Source of the DNA: Octopus sinensis
Taxonomy: Eukaryota
Direction: 5' to 3'
Assembly (NCBI RefSeq): GCF_006345805.1
Contig: NW_021833495.1
Span: 1 to 28,108, forward strand
Length of the DNA: 28,108 nt
The notes beneath the pieces are model-generated. The model was not told where the DNA came from and did not search any database. It saw only the letters and a program-made list of their open reading frames with translations. Shown piece by piece: positions 11,063 through 25,338 of the stretch (the first letter of the stretch is position 1; each line of letters starts with the position of its first letter). The translations under genes were made by a program, and so were the position numbers.

Positions 11063-12242
11063 TATCATCATCATCATCATCGTCGTTTAGCGTCCGTTTT
11101 CCATGCTAGCATGGGTTGGACGGTTCTACTGGGGTCTGTGAAGCCAGAAGGCTTCATCAGGCCCAGTCAAATCTGGCAGTGTTTCTACGGCTGGATGCCC
11201 TTCCTAACGCCAACCACTCCGTGAGTGTAGTGGGTGCTTTTTACGTGCCACCCGCACAGGTGCCAGACAGAGCTGGCAAACGGCCACGAATGGATGGTGC
11301 TTTTTATGTGCCACCGGCACAAGGGCCAGGCGAGGCTGGCAATGGACACGAAACGGGGCGGTGCAGGCAACGGTCGCGAAACGGAAGGTTCTCTTACATG
11401 CCACCGGCACTGGTAACACATCTGCAATTTCCATTGATCGATTTCCATTCTGATCCTCACTTGCCTCAACGGGTCTTCACAAGTAGAGTTTCGACATGCC
11501 ACCGGCACTGGTAACACATCTGCAATTTCCATTGATCGATTTCCATTTCTGATCCTCACTTGCCTCAACGGGTCTTCACAAGTAGAGTATCGACATGCCA
11601 CCAGCACTGGTAACACATCTGCAATTTCCATTGATCGATTTCGATTCTGATCCTCACTTGCCTCAACAGGTCTTCACAAGTAGAGTTTTGTGTCCCAAGA
11701 AGGGAAGGTATGCATACGTAGGCTGGCTCCATCCCAAGTAGAAGGCCACGGGTTATGGACTCACTTGTCCTGCCGGGTCTTCTCGCGCACAACACACTTC
11801 CAGAGGACTCGGTCTCTAGTCATTTCCTCAGTGAGACCTAAAGTTCGAAGGTCGTGCTTCACCACCTCGTCCCAGGTTTTCCTGGGTCTGCCTCTTCCAC
11901 AGGTTCCCTCAACTGCTAGGGTGTGGCACTTTTCACACAACTATCTTCATCCATTCTCGCCACATGACCATACCAGTGCAATCGTCTCTCTTGCACACCA
12001 CAACTGATGCTTCTTAGGTCCAGCTTTTCTCTCAAGGTACTTACACTCTGTCGATTATGAACACTGACATTACACATCCATCGGAGCATGCTGGCTTCAT
12101 TTCTTGCGAGCTTACGCATATCCTCAGCAGTCACGGCCCATGTTTCACTGCCATGTAGCATGGCTGTTCGTACACACGCATCATACAGTCTGCCTTTCAC
12201 TCTGTGCGAGAGGCCTTTTGTCACCAGCAGAGGTAAGAGCTC
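11063..12242 (-). mobile_element. RTE 3' end (RT C-terminus, full 3' UTR, (ATG)n tail)
   Basis: ELLPLLVTKGLS..GRLYDACVRTAMLHGSETWA..WYGHVARM; inverted homologue of 970-1566. Confidence 0.9.
11396..11688. repeat. Three tandem copies of a 98-99 bp unit in the RTE 3' UTR
   Basis: acatgccaccggcactggtaacacatctgc...aagtagagt starts at 11396, 11494 and 11593. Confidence 0.93.
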
Positions 12243-12502
12243 TCTCTCTCTATATATATATATAAATAAAATTAGAAAAAAAACATCTTTTATCAATTCA
12301 AAATGAACAATTAAATTACACCCTCTAGAAAGTTACCTATAATAGAAATATTAACATTAAAATAGCAATAAAATGTCAATGATTAAGTAAATTGCCAAAA
12401 AATAAAATAATAATATATATTATATTGTGCGAAACTTGATTTAGTACTTCTAAATTGAATTTTTTTCCTTGTAAGTTTTGGATTTTATTTCCTCAAATAT
12501 TA

Positions 12503-12533
<31 letters not shown>

Positions 12534-12534
12534 T

Positions 12535-13408
12535 AACACCCTAATGGGAGCCTTAACTCCCAAATTTTAGTAATTTCTTTTATGATCGAAAACTAGGTCA
12601 AAAGTACTGAATGAATCTTTATGAAATTTGGAAATTATATTCTATGCATAAGGGCCATAAACCCCATGACAATTCATATAATTTTGCTGTTGATGAAATT
12701 TTAATCATAGATATTAGACACAAATGAAGTAATATTTATAAAATTTCATCTTCTTACAAGTTAGAAAGACCCTCCATGTGGACTTAACACCCACAATTTT
12801 GTCACTTTATCTAAGCATAAATGAATACAGTTGTGCTCTTGGAAGCTGTAGGGTTACCTGAGCATAAAAGATGAGCATTATTTATGGTGAGGAATCCTAC
12901 ATTGGGAGTGGTATCTACTAGGGTAGGATAGCAGACTGCTTATTGTGATGATTCGTCTTTTGGTTTCCTGTAGCTTTGCTCTCTTTTACAAACCCAGTGA
13001 ACATATATTTCCTATTTCAAAGAAATTCAAGCAATAGATATAAGACCAAAGTTAAAAAGATTCTCAACAATTCAACTTCTCTGGTTGACATTAAGATGCC
13101 CACCCCCAATAGGGGCATTAACTCTCACATTTTAGAGCTCTATGACCTCCACTTTTCAGGAGCAAAATCCTTTTAACAGGTTCCATAAGACTGGAATTTC
13201 GGAATATGCGCATAAAAATCAGTAGTATGGGATACATGTGGCACAATTACAATTTTGTTTGTGTGTGTAAAGAGGGAAATAACCCTCATCTGCAATTTTG
13301 ATGAAATTCGAAACATAGGTATTCCAGTTCATTACAGAAAATATAACAGAAAAGTCTAATTCTTCAATTGTGTGTAACTTGGGCAACGCCGGGTAACTCT
13401 TCTATTAT
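12535..13408 (+). mobile_element. Probable non-autonomous Helitron-like element (5' boundary uncertain)
   Basis: 3' hairpin remnant ttgggcaacgccgggt followed by ctat (decayed CTAG); internal gatgaaatt motifs resembling those in the other Helitron-like elements here. Confidence 0.5.
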
Positions 13409-13435
13409 ATATATACGTGAAAGAGCACAATTCAA

Positions 13436-13714
13436 GCGTGATTGTTACGAACATCGACTTACTGGCACCTGTGCCAGTGGCATGTGTTAAAAGATTTGAA
13501 CGAGGTCATTGCCAGTACCGCCTGACTAGCCCCGTGCTGGTGGCACATAAAAAGCACCCACTACACTCTTGGAGTGGGTGACATTAGGAATGGCATCCAG
13601 CTGTAGAAACTCTGCCAGATCACGATTGGAGCTTGGTGCGACCGTCTGGTTCACCAGCCCTGAGTCAAAATCGTCCAACCCATGCTAGCATGGAAAGCGG
13701 ACATTAAATGATGA
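13436..13714 (+). mobile_element. RTE-tail SINE/3' UTR fragment
   Basis: aaaagcacccactacactc...ggcatccagctgtagaaac...ccatgctagcatggaaagcggacattaaatgatgat. Confidence 0.75.
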
Positions 13715-13796
13715 TATATATATGATATATATGGATATATATGATATATATGGATATATATGATATACATGGATATATATATATATATATATATCC

Positions 13797-14275
13797 ATTT
13801 ATAAAGAGGCATTTTTCATCAATAAATTTCTCCCCCAACTAAATATGAACACACAACTCAATACAGAACACCACTAACTCTTCAATTGAAACCACTAAAC
13901 CCTATACACTTCCTACACTACTCACATCTCTAAATCCAGAACTACTTACCTCCCTTACAAATAATCTTTTTTCTCAGGAACTATTAGACCTGACACCCTT
14001 CATTAACCGGTGTTATTCAAGCGATGAATAGTTTTGCGTAAACCATCATTTGTTTTGTTCTCTTACTTTATTATAATCTTATAATCATCTCATAATAAGG
14101 ACTTTTATGACTCGTATTACTACCTCAGTCAATCTAAATGTATATATTTGTCGTTATCTGTCATAAATAGCCTTTTTCTATTTGCAATGTGCATTTTTGT
14201 TGATTTTTCTTATTTTACTCTTACATTTCCATGTGTATTTTTTATTTTCTTTCCGTAACATATTTCTACTATCCA
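13797..14275 (+). mobile_element. Penelope-like 3' remnant between (TA)n tracts
   Basis: 13803 encodes KEAFFINKFLPQLN, the GIY-YIG C-terminal E..I...P.LN motif, followed by AT-rich pLTR-like sequence. Confidence 0.55.
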
Positions 14276-14304
14276 TATATATATATATATGGATATATAT
14301 ATAT

Positions 14305-14800
14305 TTTTTCATTTTTTCATTTTATCTAGTTTCAGCTCACGAGCTGTGGCCATGCTGGGGCACCGCCATTTGGTGTTGCTACATGATTTTACTTCACGAA
14401 TGCTTTTTAGCAATTGACATTTGGTGCATGAGAGATTTTGATGCAGCTGCCCTTATCTGCACCTCCTGCTGTGATGTTGGTTCATCTGGGACACCTGATA
14501 TGAAGAGGTCCCGCATTATTTTAAAGACATCTGCATCCACACCATGCAGGTCTCTCAGGTCCTTCGGGAGGATATTGAAGAGCTGGGGACCTTTGAAGCC
14601 CAGGCTATCACAGTATCTTGTCCTACATCTTGATGGCAAATTTGGAGTCCTTGGCCCTATGCAGTGGAGCCGAGTTCTAGTATTTGTGTAACTCTCAATG
14701 TGAAAGTTTGAGACAAGTCCTTCCAGGATCTTCCAGAGGTATATTATGGCATATCTTTATCGCCTACGCTCTAAGGAATAGAGTCTTAATCTCTTGAGTC
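14305..14800 (-). mobile_element. Inverted copy of the 3' ~480 bp of the adjacent CR1-group LINE
   Basis: Reverse complement of about 15712-16200, including the tail. Confidence 0.9.
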
Positions 14801-16200
14801 TGCTTTCCTTGAAAAAAATAACTTGCTGCCTGACACCCAACATGGTTTCCAGCCAGGAAGTAGCTGCCTAACTCGGCTCCTACAACACAATGACTGGGTA
14901 CTGAAACAACGGCTCAACCACTCAAATGTGGAAGTCATATATCTCGACTTTGCAAAGGCCTTTGATAAAGTCGATCATGGAATGATATGTCACAAACTGT
15001 GTGATCTTGACATAGTTGGGAAATTGGGAGAATGGCTTCATGACTTTTTGAAGGATAGAAGTCAGGTGGTAGTAGCCAATAGGGCCACCTCCAATAACAT
15101 GCAAATAGTGAGCGGTGTTCCGCAAGGCACTATTTTGGGACCACTACTGTTCATAATGGCCCTCTCAGACATGCCCTCATCCACGCAGGGAGCCACGATC
15201 ACAAGTTATGCCGATGATACAAAAGTTTCACAGGTAATACAGAACCCTGAAGACACTATGCACCTGCAATGTGAGCTGGATGAAATATACAAATGGGCTG
15301 AAAAGAATAGCATGCAGTTCAATGCTGAAAAGTTTCAAGCTTTATGCTATCAGCATGCAAAACTAAATGCAATACTCAATAAATACACTGGACCTGGAGG
15401 GATTGCAATCCCAGAGGCACAATCAGTGTGAGACCTAGGTATTTACATGAGTAATGATGCAACCTTTCATGTGCATGTTGCTAAATTGGCAATGAAATGT
15501 AGGTGGCTGACCGGATGGATTCTTAGAGCTTTTAGAACAAGAGACCAGGAAACCATGACGGTCCTCTGGAGGACACTTGTCCTTAGCCACTTTGACTATT
15601 GCTCTCAGCTATGGTCACCAACCAGTGTCAAATTAATCACAGAATTTGAGGCAATCCAACGAAGCTACACGAAGAAGATAGCCTCTATATAGCATGTAAG
15701 CTATTGGGAAAGGCTCAAGAGATTAAGACTCTATTCCTTAGAGTGTAGGCGATAAAGATATGCCATAATATACATCTGAAAGATCCTGGAAGGACTTGTC
15801 CCAAACTTTCACATCGAGAGTTACACAAATACTAGAACTGGGCTCCACTGCATAGTGCCAAGGACTCCAAATTCGCCATCAAGATGTAGGACAAGATACT
15901 GTGATAGCCTGGGCTTCAGAGGTCCACAGCTCTTCAATATCCTCCCGAAGGACCTGAGAGACCTGCATGGGGTGGATGCAGATGTCTTTAAAGTAGGACT
16001 GGATCTCTTCCCGTCAGGTGTCCCAGATGAACCAACTTCACGGCAGGAGGTGCAGACGAGGGCAGCTGCATCAAACTCTCTCATGCACCAAATGTCAATT
16101 GCTAAAAAGCATTTGTGACATAAAATCATGTGGCAACACCGAATGGCAGTGCCCCAGCATGGCCACAGCTCGTGAGCTGAAACTAGCTGAAAGGAAAAAA
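14801..16200 (+). mobile_element. CR1-group LINE, 5'-truncated at the start of RT
   Basis: QHGFQPGSSCLT, YLDFAKAFDKVDH, SGVPQGTILGPLLF, YADDTK, DYCSQLWSP; several stops. Confidence 0.9.
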
Positions 16201-16272
16201 ATATATATATATGTAAATATACATGTGTATATATATATATATAGAGAGATACAGATATAGATATACATACAT

Positions 16273-16314
<42 letters not shown>

Positions 16315-16479
16315 TATATATATGTGTGTGTGTGAGTGTGCATGTGTGTGTGAGTGTGCATGTGTGTATGTGTGTGCATGTGTGTATGTGTGTGTGGTAA
16401 AATGAGGTAGATTTTGTGAAGCACTTTGAGGTATGATTTAAAGAATGTGGTTGTGTAAAGCAAGGACAATGCAAGAAGG

Positions 16480-17580
16480 TACAAATTAAACTACAAATTG
16501 AAAAGGAAAAAGATCAAAGTTGCAGTTGTACCTTTTATTTCTATATTTTGGCATGAAGACCCATTCTTCAAGAAATTCAGAAAAGTGGTGGCTGGAAAAA
16601 GTTTGTCGTGGGGCAGTGAATGAGGGAAGAAGTGACATGTGCAGGTTGCTGTTGCTATAACAACTAGTCTGCTTTGTCTAGTTTCTTCTTGTCATTAATG
16701 GCTGGTTTCAATTTATTTATAAGGAGGACTTCCATAATTCTGAGATTACCCCTGTTGTGTTGTGTTGCCTTGATGGAAACTTTGAGATTCTGGGTTTAGC
16801 TTTTCTTGAGGGGTTTCTTTATCAAAGTGTCTATCTGCATTTGCTTGTTTATTCGAATGTGTAGTTTCCTAGTAGTGCTCCCTATGTAGGGTGCTCCACA
16901 TTTATTGCAGACGACCTCATATACTGCATGTTTTGATGTCATTGATGGGGCAGTTGGTAAGTGTGCACTCCACAGTGCTCCCTTAGGTATTTTTCCTTGA
17001 TAGAGCTTTCTTCAGGGATAGACTGGTGTGTACTAGCTGTATGTTAAGTCTCTCCCTGCAGATGGCGTGTTGGATAGCTGCTGATGTTCTGTCATCAAAG
17101 TAGGGCAGTCTAAGGAAGCACGTTTCTGATCTGATGTTATGGGCTTCTTTGTGTAGTTTACCCACTTTCATGATTCACAGAGGCAGTCTTTTAGCTGTGG
17201 ATGGTGGATAGCCATTGCATGCTAAGTTCCTGAGGAACCGCTTCATGCTGATGGCTTTGTCACTTACTTCATTGCATCTGTCTCTTATGCATGTTATTTC
17301 ATTTTGTATGTGTGCAGTTTTGGCTCTGGTGGACTGGGCCGAATCATAATGCATGAATAGTTTCCTAGTCACTGCTTCTTTTGTAAAGATTCATGTGAAT
17401 GTTACCATTCTCTGTGATCCTGATTTGGAAATCCAGCAGAGAGAGTGTTCCAGACTTGTCTGGGTGTTCATTTTCAAATTTATGTGACTGTCAATGTAGT
17501 TGAATTTTTATGTATGGAATTTACTCCTTCCCGTGAAGGGGTGAGCATCTCACATTATTCCATCTTTACACAACTACATT
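16480..17580 (-). mobile_element. Penelope-like element, RT C-terminus + GIY-YIG endonuclease + pLTR, pseudogenised
   Basis: TLSLLDFQI; FMHYDSAQ...NGYP; AVYEVVCNKCGAPYIGSTTRKLHIRI (16850-16928); LRIMEVLLINKLKPAIN (16695-16745). Confidence 0.88.
16537..16576 (-). pseudogene. Decayed hammerhead ribozyme of the PLE pLTR
   Basis: ATTTC-TTGAAGA-ATGGGTCTTCATGCC-AAAA-TA-TA-GAAAT. Stem I is intact; the core is compatible with CpG decay of CCGAAACGTA. Confidence 0.5.
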
Positions 17581-17617
17581 CTTTAAATACATATGTATTT
17601 ATATATATATATATATA

Positions 17618-18935
17618 CTTGCTGACATAACCGGTAATTCCTAGGAAAGTGGGGCTTGTCCCTTTGTTCCATTCTCATAATTGTTTCGTTAATCCAATAA
17701 CAACAATACAAAGTATCAGTCTTACACAGGATCTTGTTTTTAGGAATTCCCAATAAGTTATGAATTCCCAAATTGTGAAGTCAGTTATGTAATAACATGA
17801 AATTAATTACCCGATAGTAAGATTTCAAATAAAGTAGCCCCGAAAATGGCTTTAATACGTTCCCAGAGTATATAGAACATAGGAGAAAATATTAATAAGG
17901 TATGTATACTAAAATCATGAAGCATGTTACATAAGAACAGGCTAATCAGATAGGAGATAATAACAATTCAAAATAAGTAACTCTGCAAATGGCTTTTGTA
18001 CATTCCCAGAGAATATTACCCTCAGGGGCACTAGTGTTGGTATATTCGTGAATAATTCACTAACTGAAATATGTAGATCTATTGTATAGGAAAATACTAT
18101 TTATTTGTTGTAGGGTTGTACTAGATAAATTGCGAAAATAACTCTGTCGGTTCTAATACTAAGAAATAAGCATACTCAATTCCCTTTATGCTAAATAATT
18201 TAGGAAATGAAAGGGTTATTTCTCTTGGCTATAAATAAGGATCCCTTCCAGGGGCAAATGGGTTATTTCCCTTGGTTTTTAAAACAAAATGTATTAGGTA
18301 TGTATAAGGATCACTTCCAGGGGCCCTATTAGCTATTTTGCAATAATCTGAGTGTGCCATGAGGTTTTCAGACGTGTTTTACTCTCATGTCAAGTTTCAT
18401 GAAAATTAATAAAACAATGCAAGAGTAGTTAGCTAACAACTCAACAAACACACCCACAGACAGAATTTCCCACATATGTAGTACCAGCTGATGTACCCAG
18501 TAATTCCTTGGAAATCGGGGATTATCCCTTGGTTCCATTTTCATAATTGTTTCACTAATTCAATAACAATAATACAAAGTGTGTAGCCGTTAAAACGTTT
18601 TTTGTGCATTTATTGAGAATACTAAACTGTCTTACACCGGATTCTGTTTTTAGGAATCCCAAATTGTGAAGTCAGTTATGTAATAAGATGAAATTAGTTA
18701 CCTGATAGTAAGAATTCAAATAAAGTAGCCCCAAAATGGCTTTAATACATTCCCAGAGTATATAGAACTTAAGAGGAAACACTAATAAGGTATGTATGCT
18801 AAAATCATGAAGCATGTTATGTAAGGACAGGCTAATGAGATAGGAGATAATAACAATTCAAAGTAAATAACTCTGAAAAAAGCTTTTGTGCATCTGCAGA
18901 GAATATTACCCTCAGCGGTGCTAGTGTTTATTTCG
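17618..18935 (-). mobile_element. Two tandem copies of a non-autonomous Helitron-like element (17618-18482 complete, 18483-18935 truncated)
   Basis: ~420-bp direct repeat 17618-18040 / 18483-18930. On the minus strand each unit ends in a decayed hairpin followed by CAAG or CTGG (CTAG-like). Confidence 0.6.
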
Positions 18936-18959
18936 CAAGTTGTGAAATTTGTTTTTGTG

Positions 18960-21195
<2,236 letters not shown>

Positions 21196-21220
21196 CCTTT
21201 TAATATTCTCATTGTTTTTA

Positions 21221-21440
21221 AGGTGGTGAACTGGCAGACTCATTATCACACTGGGCAAGATGTTTCGTGGCATTTTGTCCAGCTTTACATTCTCAGTTCA
21301 AATTCCACTGAGGTTGAGACTTTGCCTTTCATCCTTTCCAGGTCAATAAAATAAGTACTAGTTGAGCACTGGGGTCAATGTGATCAACTTATCCCCTCCC
21401 CCAAAATTCCTGGCCTTGTACCAAAATTTGAAATCAATAT
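21221..21440 (+). mobile_element. tRNA-derived SINE with Nin/Deu-like central domain
   Basis: B-box-like agttcaaattcc followed by gcctttcatcctttccaggtcaataaaataagtac. Confidence 0.75.
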
Positions 21441-21971
21441 TTTCATTGTCTTCTTCATTGTTCTCGCCACTGTTAATTTTTGCCCAATTAAATATATTAA
21501 ATAAAATCTTTTAAATTTTAAAACTAAATGTGAATACAAATACAGATTTCACAGAAAATAGAACAAAATAGTAATCATTTGTGTTATTTAAATAAAGTTC
21601 AGGAACCGAATATCTCTTCATATTTGAATGTCTGATTTCACATCCTAAAGTAGGTGTGTGCTTCTGATTGACCTGTTACTTTTACATTTCTCCTGATCAT
21701 ATGATATCATTATAATATTTGAGTCATTGACAGAAAGTTGATGCCTTAGGCATTAGCTATGATACATGGATGTGATTCCTATTCTCTCTGAAATATTCTC
21801 TGTACATCTATTCACATTTAATTTTAAATTATGCTTTAAAAGGAATTTTTCAATTAATCCTCTTAATTTTAATTTATTTCAAGTTGTTCTTGCATTAGAA
21901 AAATTACTCCTTTGAATAACAAGGTAGCTATTAAATGATATGTATGTGTTTTATATTTTCATTTCCTTCAG

Positions 21972-22244
21972 TTTCTCTTGGATTAATTGAGGGTGGCGCA
22001 AAATTTACCAGGAAGAATCAACCAGTCACTTTTGAATGTCCTTTTGAAAAGCAAAACTTTGAACATTGGAAAATTGATGGAACAGTCATTAACAGAATTT
22101 ATCATACTTCAAGCATTAAAGCAAATGTGTTTCCTAACAATGTCAGCATCATAAACATCACACTTCTTCAAAATATTGAGCAAACAATTGTTTGTGAAAA
22201 CACCACTGGTGAGAAGACAAGATTTTATGCAAGACCATTATTCA
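21972..22244 (+). CDS. Ig-like domain exon (273 nt, phase 1-1) of a secreted or cell-surface IgSF protein
   Basis: Acceptor ttttcatttccttcag and donor A|gtaagt. Peptide VTFECPF...HWKIDG...SIINIT...IVCEN has the Ig C-W-C pattern and NVS, NIT, NTT sequons; non-repetitive sequence. Confidence 0.82.
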
Positions 22245-22434
22245 GTAAGTACAAATATAAATCATTTGTATGTATTTTCCTGTCAATATTAATCTATTAT
22301 GACCATGAAGAAAGTATATTTCTATAAACACTAACTTTGAGTTTCAGTCATTTCACAAAATGTTGTAACAAACTAATACTGCCAATAATACATTGAAAGA
22401 ATGTTCATTTTAATACATGATGAAGATGATGATA

Positions 22435-22848
22435 ATTTTTCTTTTCTGTAAGTATTTTTCTATATATGTTGTTCTATCAGTATTTACGTGTTGAAAAATA
22501 TATCTTTCTACTTGTACTACAATACATTTCAGTGCTACAAAAACAAACTTGTTTGTTTGCATATGACAAAATCTATTTTACATCTAGCAATTCTGGATGA
22601 CTTTATAAGTTCTAAATTGCAGAAGAATTTGTCAGTAAACCAGTTTAGCTTAATGGTAAAGCACTTTACTTTACTGGAATTCAAAGGGATGTGAGTTCGA
22701 TTCTCATGGCTGGTTGCTGACAGATTTTTCTACTCTGTAAGGATTTTATCCTATATATGCTGTTCAGTCAGTATTTACATGTTGAAAAAAATATATATTT
22801 CTCCTTGTACTACAGTACATTTCAGCAATTCAAAAACAAACTTGTTTA
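22435..22848. repeat. Diverged ~125-bp direct repeat (22435-22560 / 22723-22848)
   Basis: ctgtaag..ctatatatg..tcagtatttac.tgttgaaaaa..cttgtactaca.tacatttcag..caaaaacaaacttgttt occurs twice. Confidence 0.85.
22639..22715 (+). pseudogene. tRNA-like cloverleaf (tRNA pseudogene or SINE head)
   Basis: Acceptor ACCAGTT/GGCTGGT, D arm GCTT-AATGGTA-AAGC, T arm GTGAG-TTCGATT-CTCAT; irregular anticodon arm. Confidence 0.6.
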
Positions 22849-22929
22849 TATATTGCTGCCAATAATATTTTAATGTTTATAATTTTCCTCGTTATATTAT
22901 TCCAGTGTTGTTGAAATAGCAATATTCTG

Positions 22930-23090
22930 GCTGAGCTGGCAGGATTGTTACTGTGCTGGGAAAAATTCTTTGCAGCATTTCTTTTGATTTTATGTTCTGA
23001 GCTCAAATGCTGTTGGAATCAGTTTTGCTTTTAATTTTGACTTTACTCCTTTGAAATTGATGGCCTTGTCCCAAAACTTGAAATCAGTTT
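22930..23090 (+). mobile_element. Decayed copy of the 21221-21440 SINE
   Basis: gagctggcaggattgtt...gttctgagctcaaat...tggccttgtcccaaaacttgaaatca. Confidence 0.6.
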
Positions 23091-23364
23091 TATCCCTGAG
23101 ATTAAATGTTTGATTTCAGAAGAGAGACTTAGTTGCTAGCAAGTGATTCATAAATTATTCTTGGTTTGATGAAACTAACAAAATTATTAATTATTCTAAA
23201 AAGCTGAGAAGTCATCATCATCATCATCTTCGTATCTTAAAATGAACATTCTTTCAATGCATTATCTTTTTTAGTGTGTATACTGGTTGGATTTCTGATT
23301 GTCATCAGAAATGTTATTCTTGAATATGCACACACGCACATACATACAAGTATATATTATCATC

Positions 23365-25243
23365 ATCACCATCATCATTGTCATCGTTTAGCATCAATTT
23401 TCCATGTCAGTATGAGTGAGATGGTTTGACTGGAGCTGGCATGGCCAGGAGCTGTACCAGGCTCCATTGACTTCTGTAGGTTGATAAGGCTGAGATGCTG
23501 GAGATGGTGAGGAGAAAGAGCCCCTCGCAGACAAACATTGCACATCATACTGAACATAGTAACTTCATACCTTTCTAGTCTTTGTGTGCCCTCTACATTC
23601 AGGGACCTTGTCTGACTATCACATGGCATTGCTGTTTGTGCACAGGCATCACACAACCTTCCTTTCTCTTAGAAAGAGAGACTTTTGGTTGCCACTTGAG
23701 GTAAAAGATCCCTGAACTTTCTCCATCTTATTCTAGCAATTTCATTTCCTCCTCCACTGAAAATTAGGTCACCTAGCTAGCAGAAATTGCCCAGTACTTT
23801 TAGAGCACCTTCTTGGGCATTTGTGAAAATCCATTTCCTGTATACTTGTAGACTTTATGACTTCTATGCATTTTCCACATACAGACACTACTTTCTCTGT
23901 TAACCTCTCTACTGTTCCACTGCACCTGTTGTGCATCCATTGCTTGCCCTGAATACAGTGAAATGAATTTCTGCCTACACCATTCTTATATTCTGAGAAA
24001 AACCGTTTACCTGAAGTTAGTAGGGTCCTCTTTGTTTTCTTGTTTACTAAGGCTTTTGCCTTTGCTAAGTTAACTTCAAGGCTCTTTGATTCCAGGCTTT
24101 GCCTCCACACCTGAAACTTTTTTCTAGTTTTGTTACAGATTCTGCTGTGAGAGCAAGGTAATTTACATATAGTAGTTCTCATTGGCTTCCAGTCTTAAAC
24201 TCCTCTGTTATGACCTGGAGGACAATTCTGAATAGGAGGTGGCTGAGGACTTGATGTACACCTAACCCTAAAATTTATCTAAGTTTATCACTGTTCTCAT
24301 GACTAACCCTAATATTATTTATAGCAACCCTGTAAAATACCTGAACTGCTTTTCACAAGCCGTCTATCTATCTCTAGCTTCCTGAAAGACCAGCATATTA
24401 CAGAGCAGGGTGCTCTGTTGAATGCTTTCTCCAGGTCAACTAATGACAAGTACTACAGCTTATTCTTAGCTTAATATTACCCTTGTACTTGCCTGACTTC
24501 TTCCCATTACTGTGCCAAACTGCATTTCATCTAGCTTAATTTGTTTCTAATTAATTAGGTTATTATTCTCTCCATAACTGTCATCACTTTGTCAAGTAAT
24601 TCGAGACCTCTTTAATTAATTATGTTAAATGCATTTCATTTACTCTTTTAGTCACTGATTATGATACTGGTATACCAGTCATTGGGGATTATACCTTCTT
24701 AAATAACCTAATTAACTAAACAGTGTTTAGACTGTATCCTACTTTATAGATATTTTAAGCATCTCAACAGTGACTCCTGATGAACCAAGGATTTTTCCAG
24801 TCTCTATATCTTTAATTACATTATTTATCATACTGCTGTCTATATGAATGGTTGGCCCCTCTGTTGGGTTCACATGATGGGGAGAATCCCTTTTTCTATT
24901 CATCCGCTACATTTAATAGCCCTTCACAGTTGCTCTTTCACACATTTTTCTTTTCCAAACCACTAAACACTAGCATGCCATTATCTGTCTGTACACATTT
25001 TATCTCCCACAACATCTCAATTCTCTCTGACACACTGTTTTACTATTTTACTTGTTTCAGTCATTTAACTGTGGCCATGATGGAGCAGTGCCTTTAGTCG
25101 AGCAAATCCACCCCGGGACGTATTCTTTGTAAGCCTAGTACTTACTCTCTCGGTCTTTTTTGCTGAACCACTAAGTTACGGGGACGTAAACACACCACTG
25201 TCGGTTGTCAAGTGATGTTGGGGGGATAAACACAGACACACAA

Positions 25244-25338
<95 letters not shown>

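Noticed and set aside
12428-12455. Half hammerhead (CGAAAC...GTA) on the + strand
   Set aside because: No CUGANGA or stem I partner upstream.
13979-14033. Stem-loop in the PLE remnant considered as a SECIS or ribozyme
   Set aside because: The outer stem pairs, but there is no RUGA/GA quartet with a proper helix II and no hammerhead core.
15821-16484. Long ORFs rich in YI/HT/CV (also 5573, 10780, 20665, 25205, 26245, 26586)
   Set aside because: Translations of microsatellites, AT-rich low-complexity DNA or LINE antisense strands.
21935-22327. 130-aa single-exon ORF as a complete gene
   Set aside because: The N- and C-terminal parts are a polypyrimidine tract and intron read-through; splice sites delimit 21972-22244.
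22669-22673. Possible ochre-suppressor (TTA anticodon) tRNA
   Set aside because: The anticodon arm is mispaired with a 13-nt loop, and TTA is better explained by a local CTTTA duplication.
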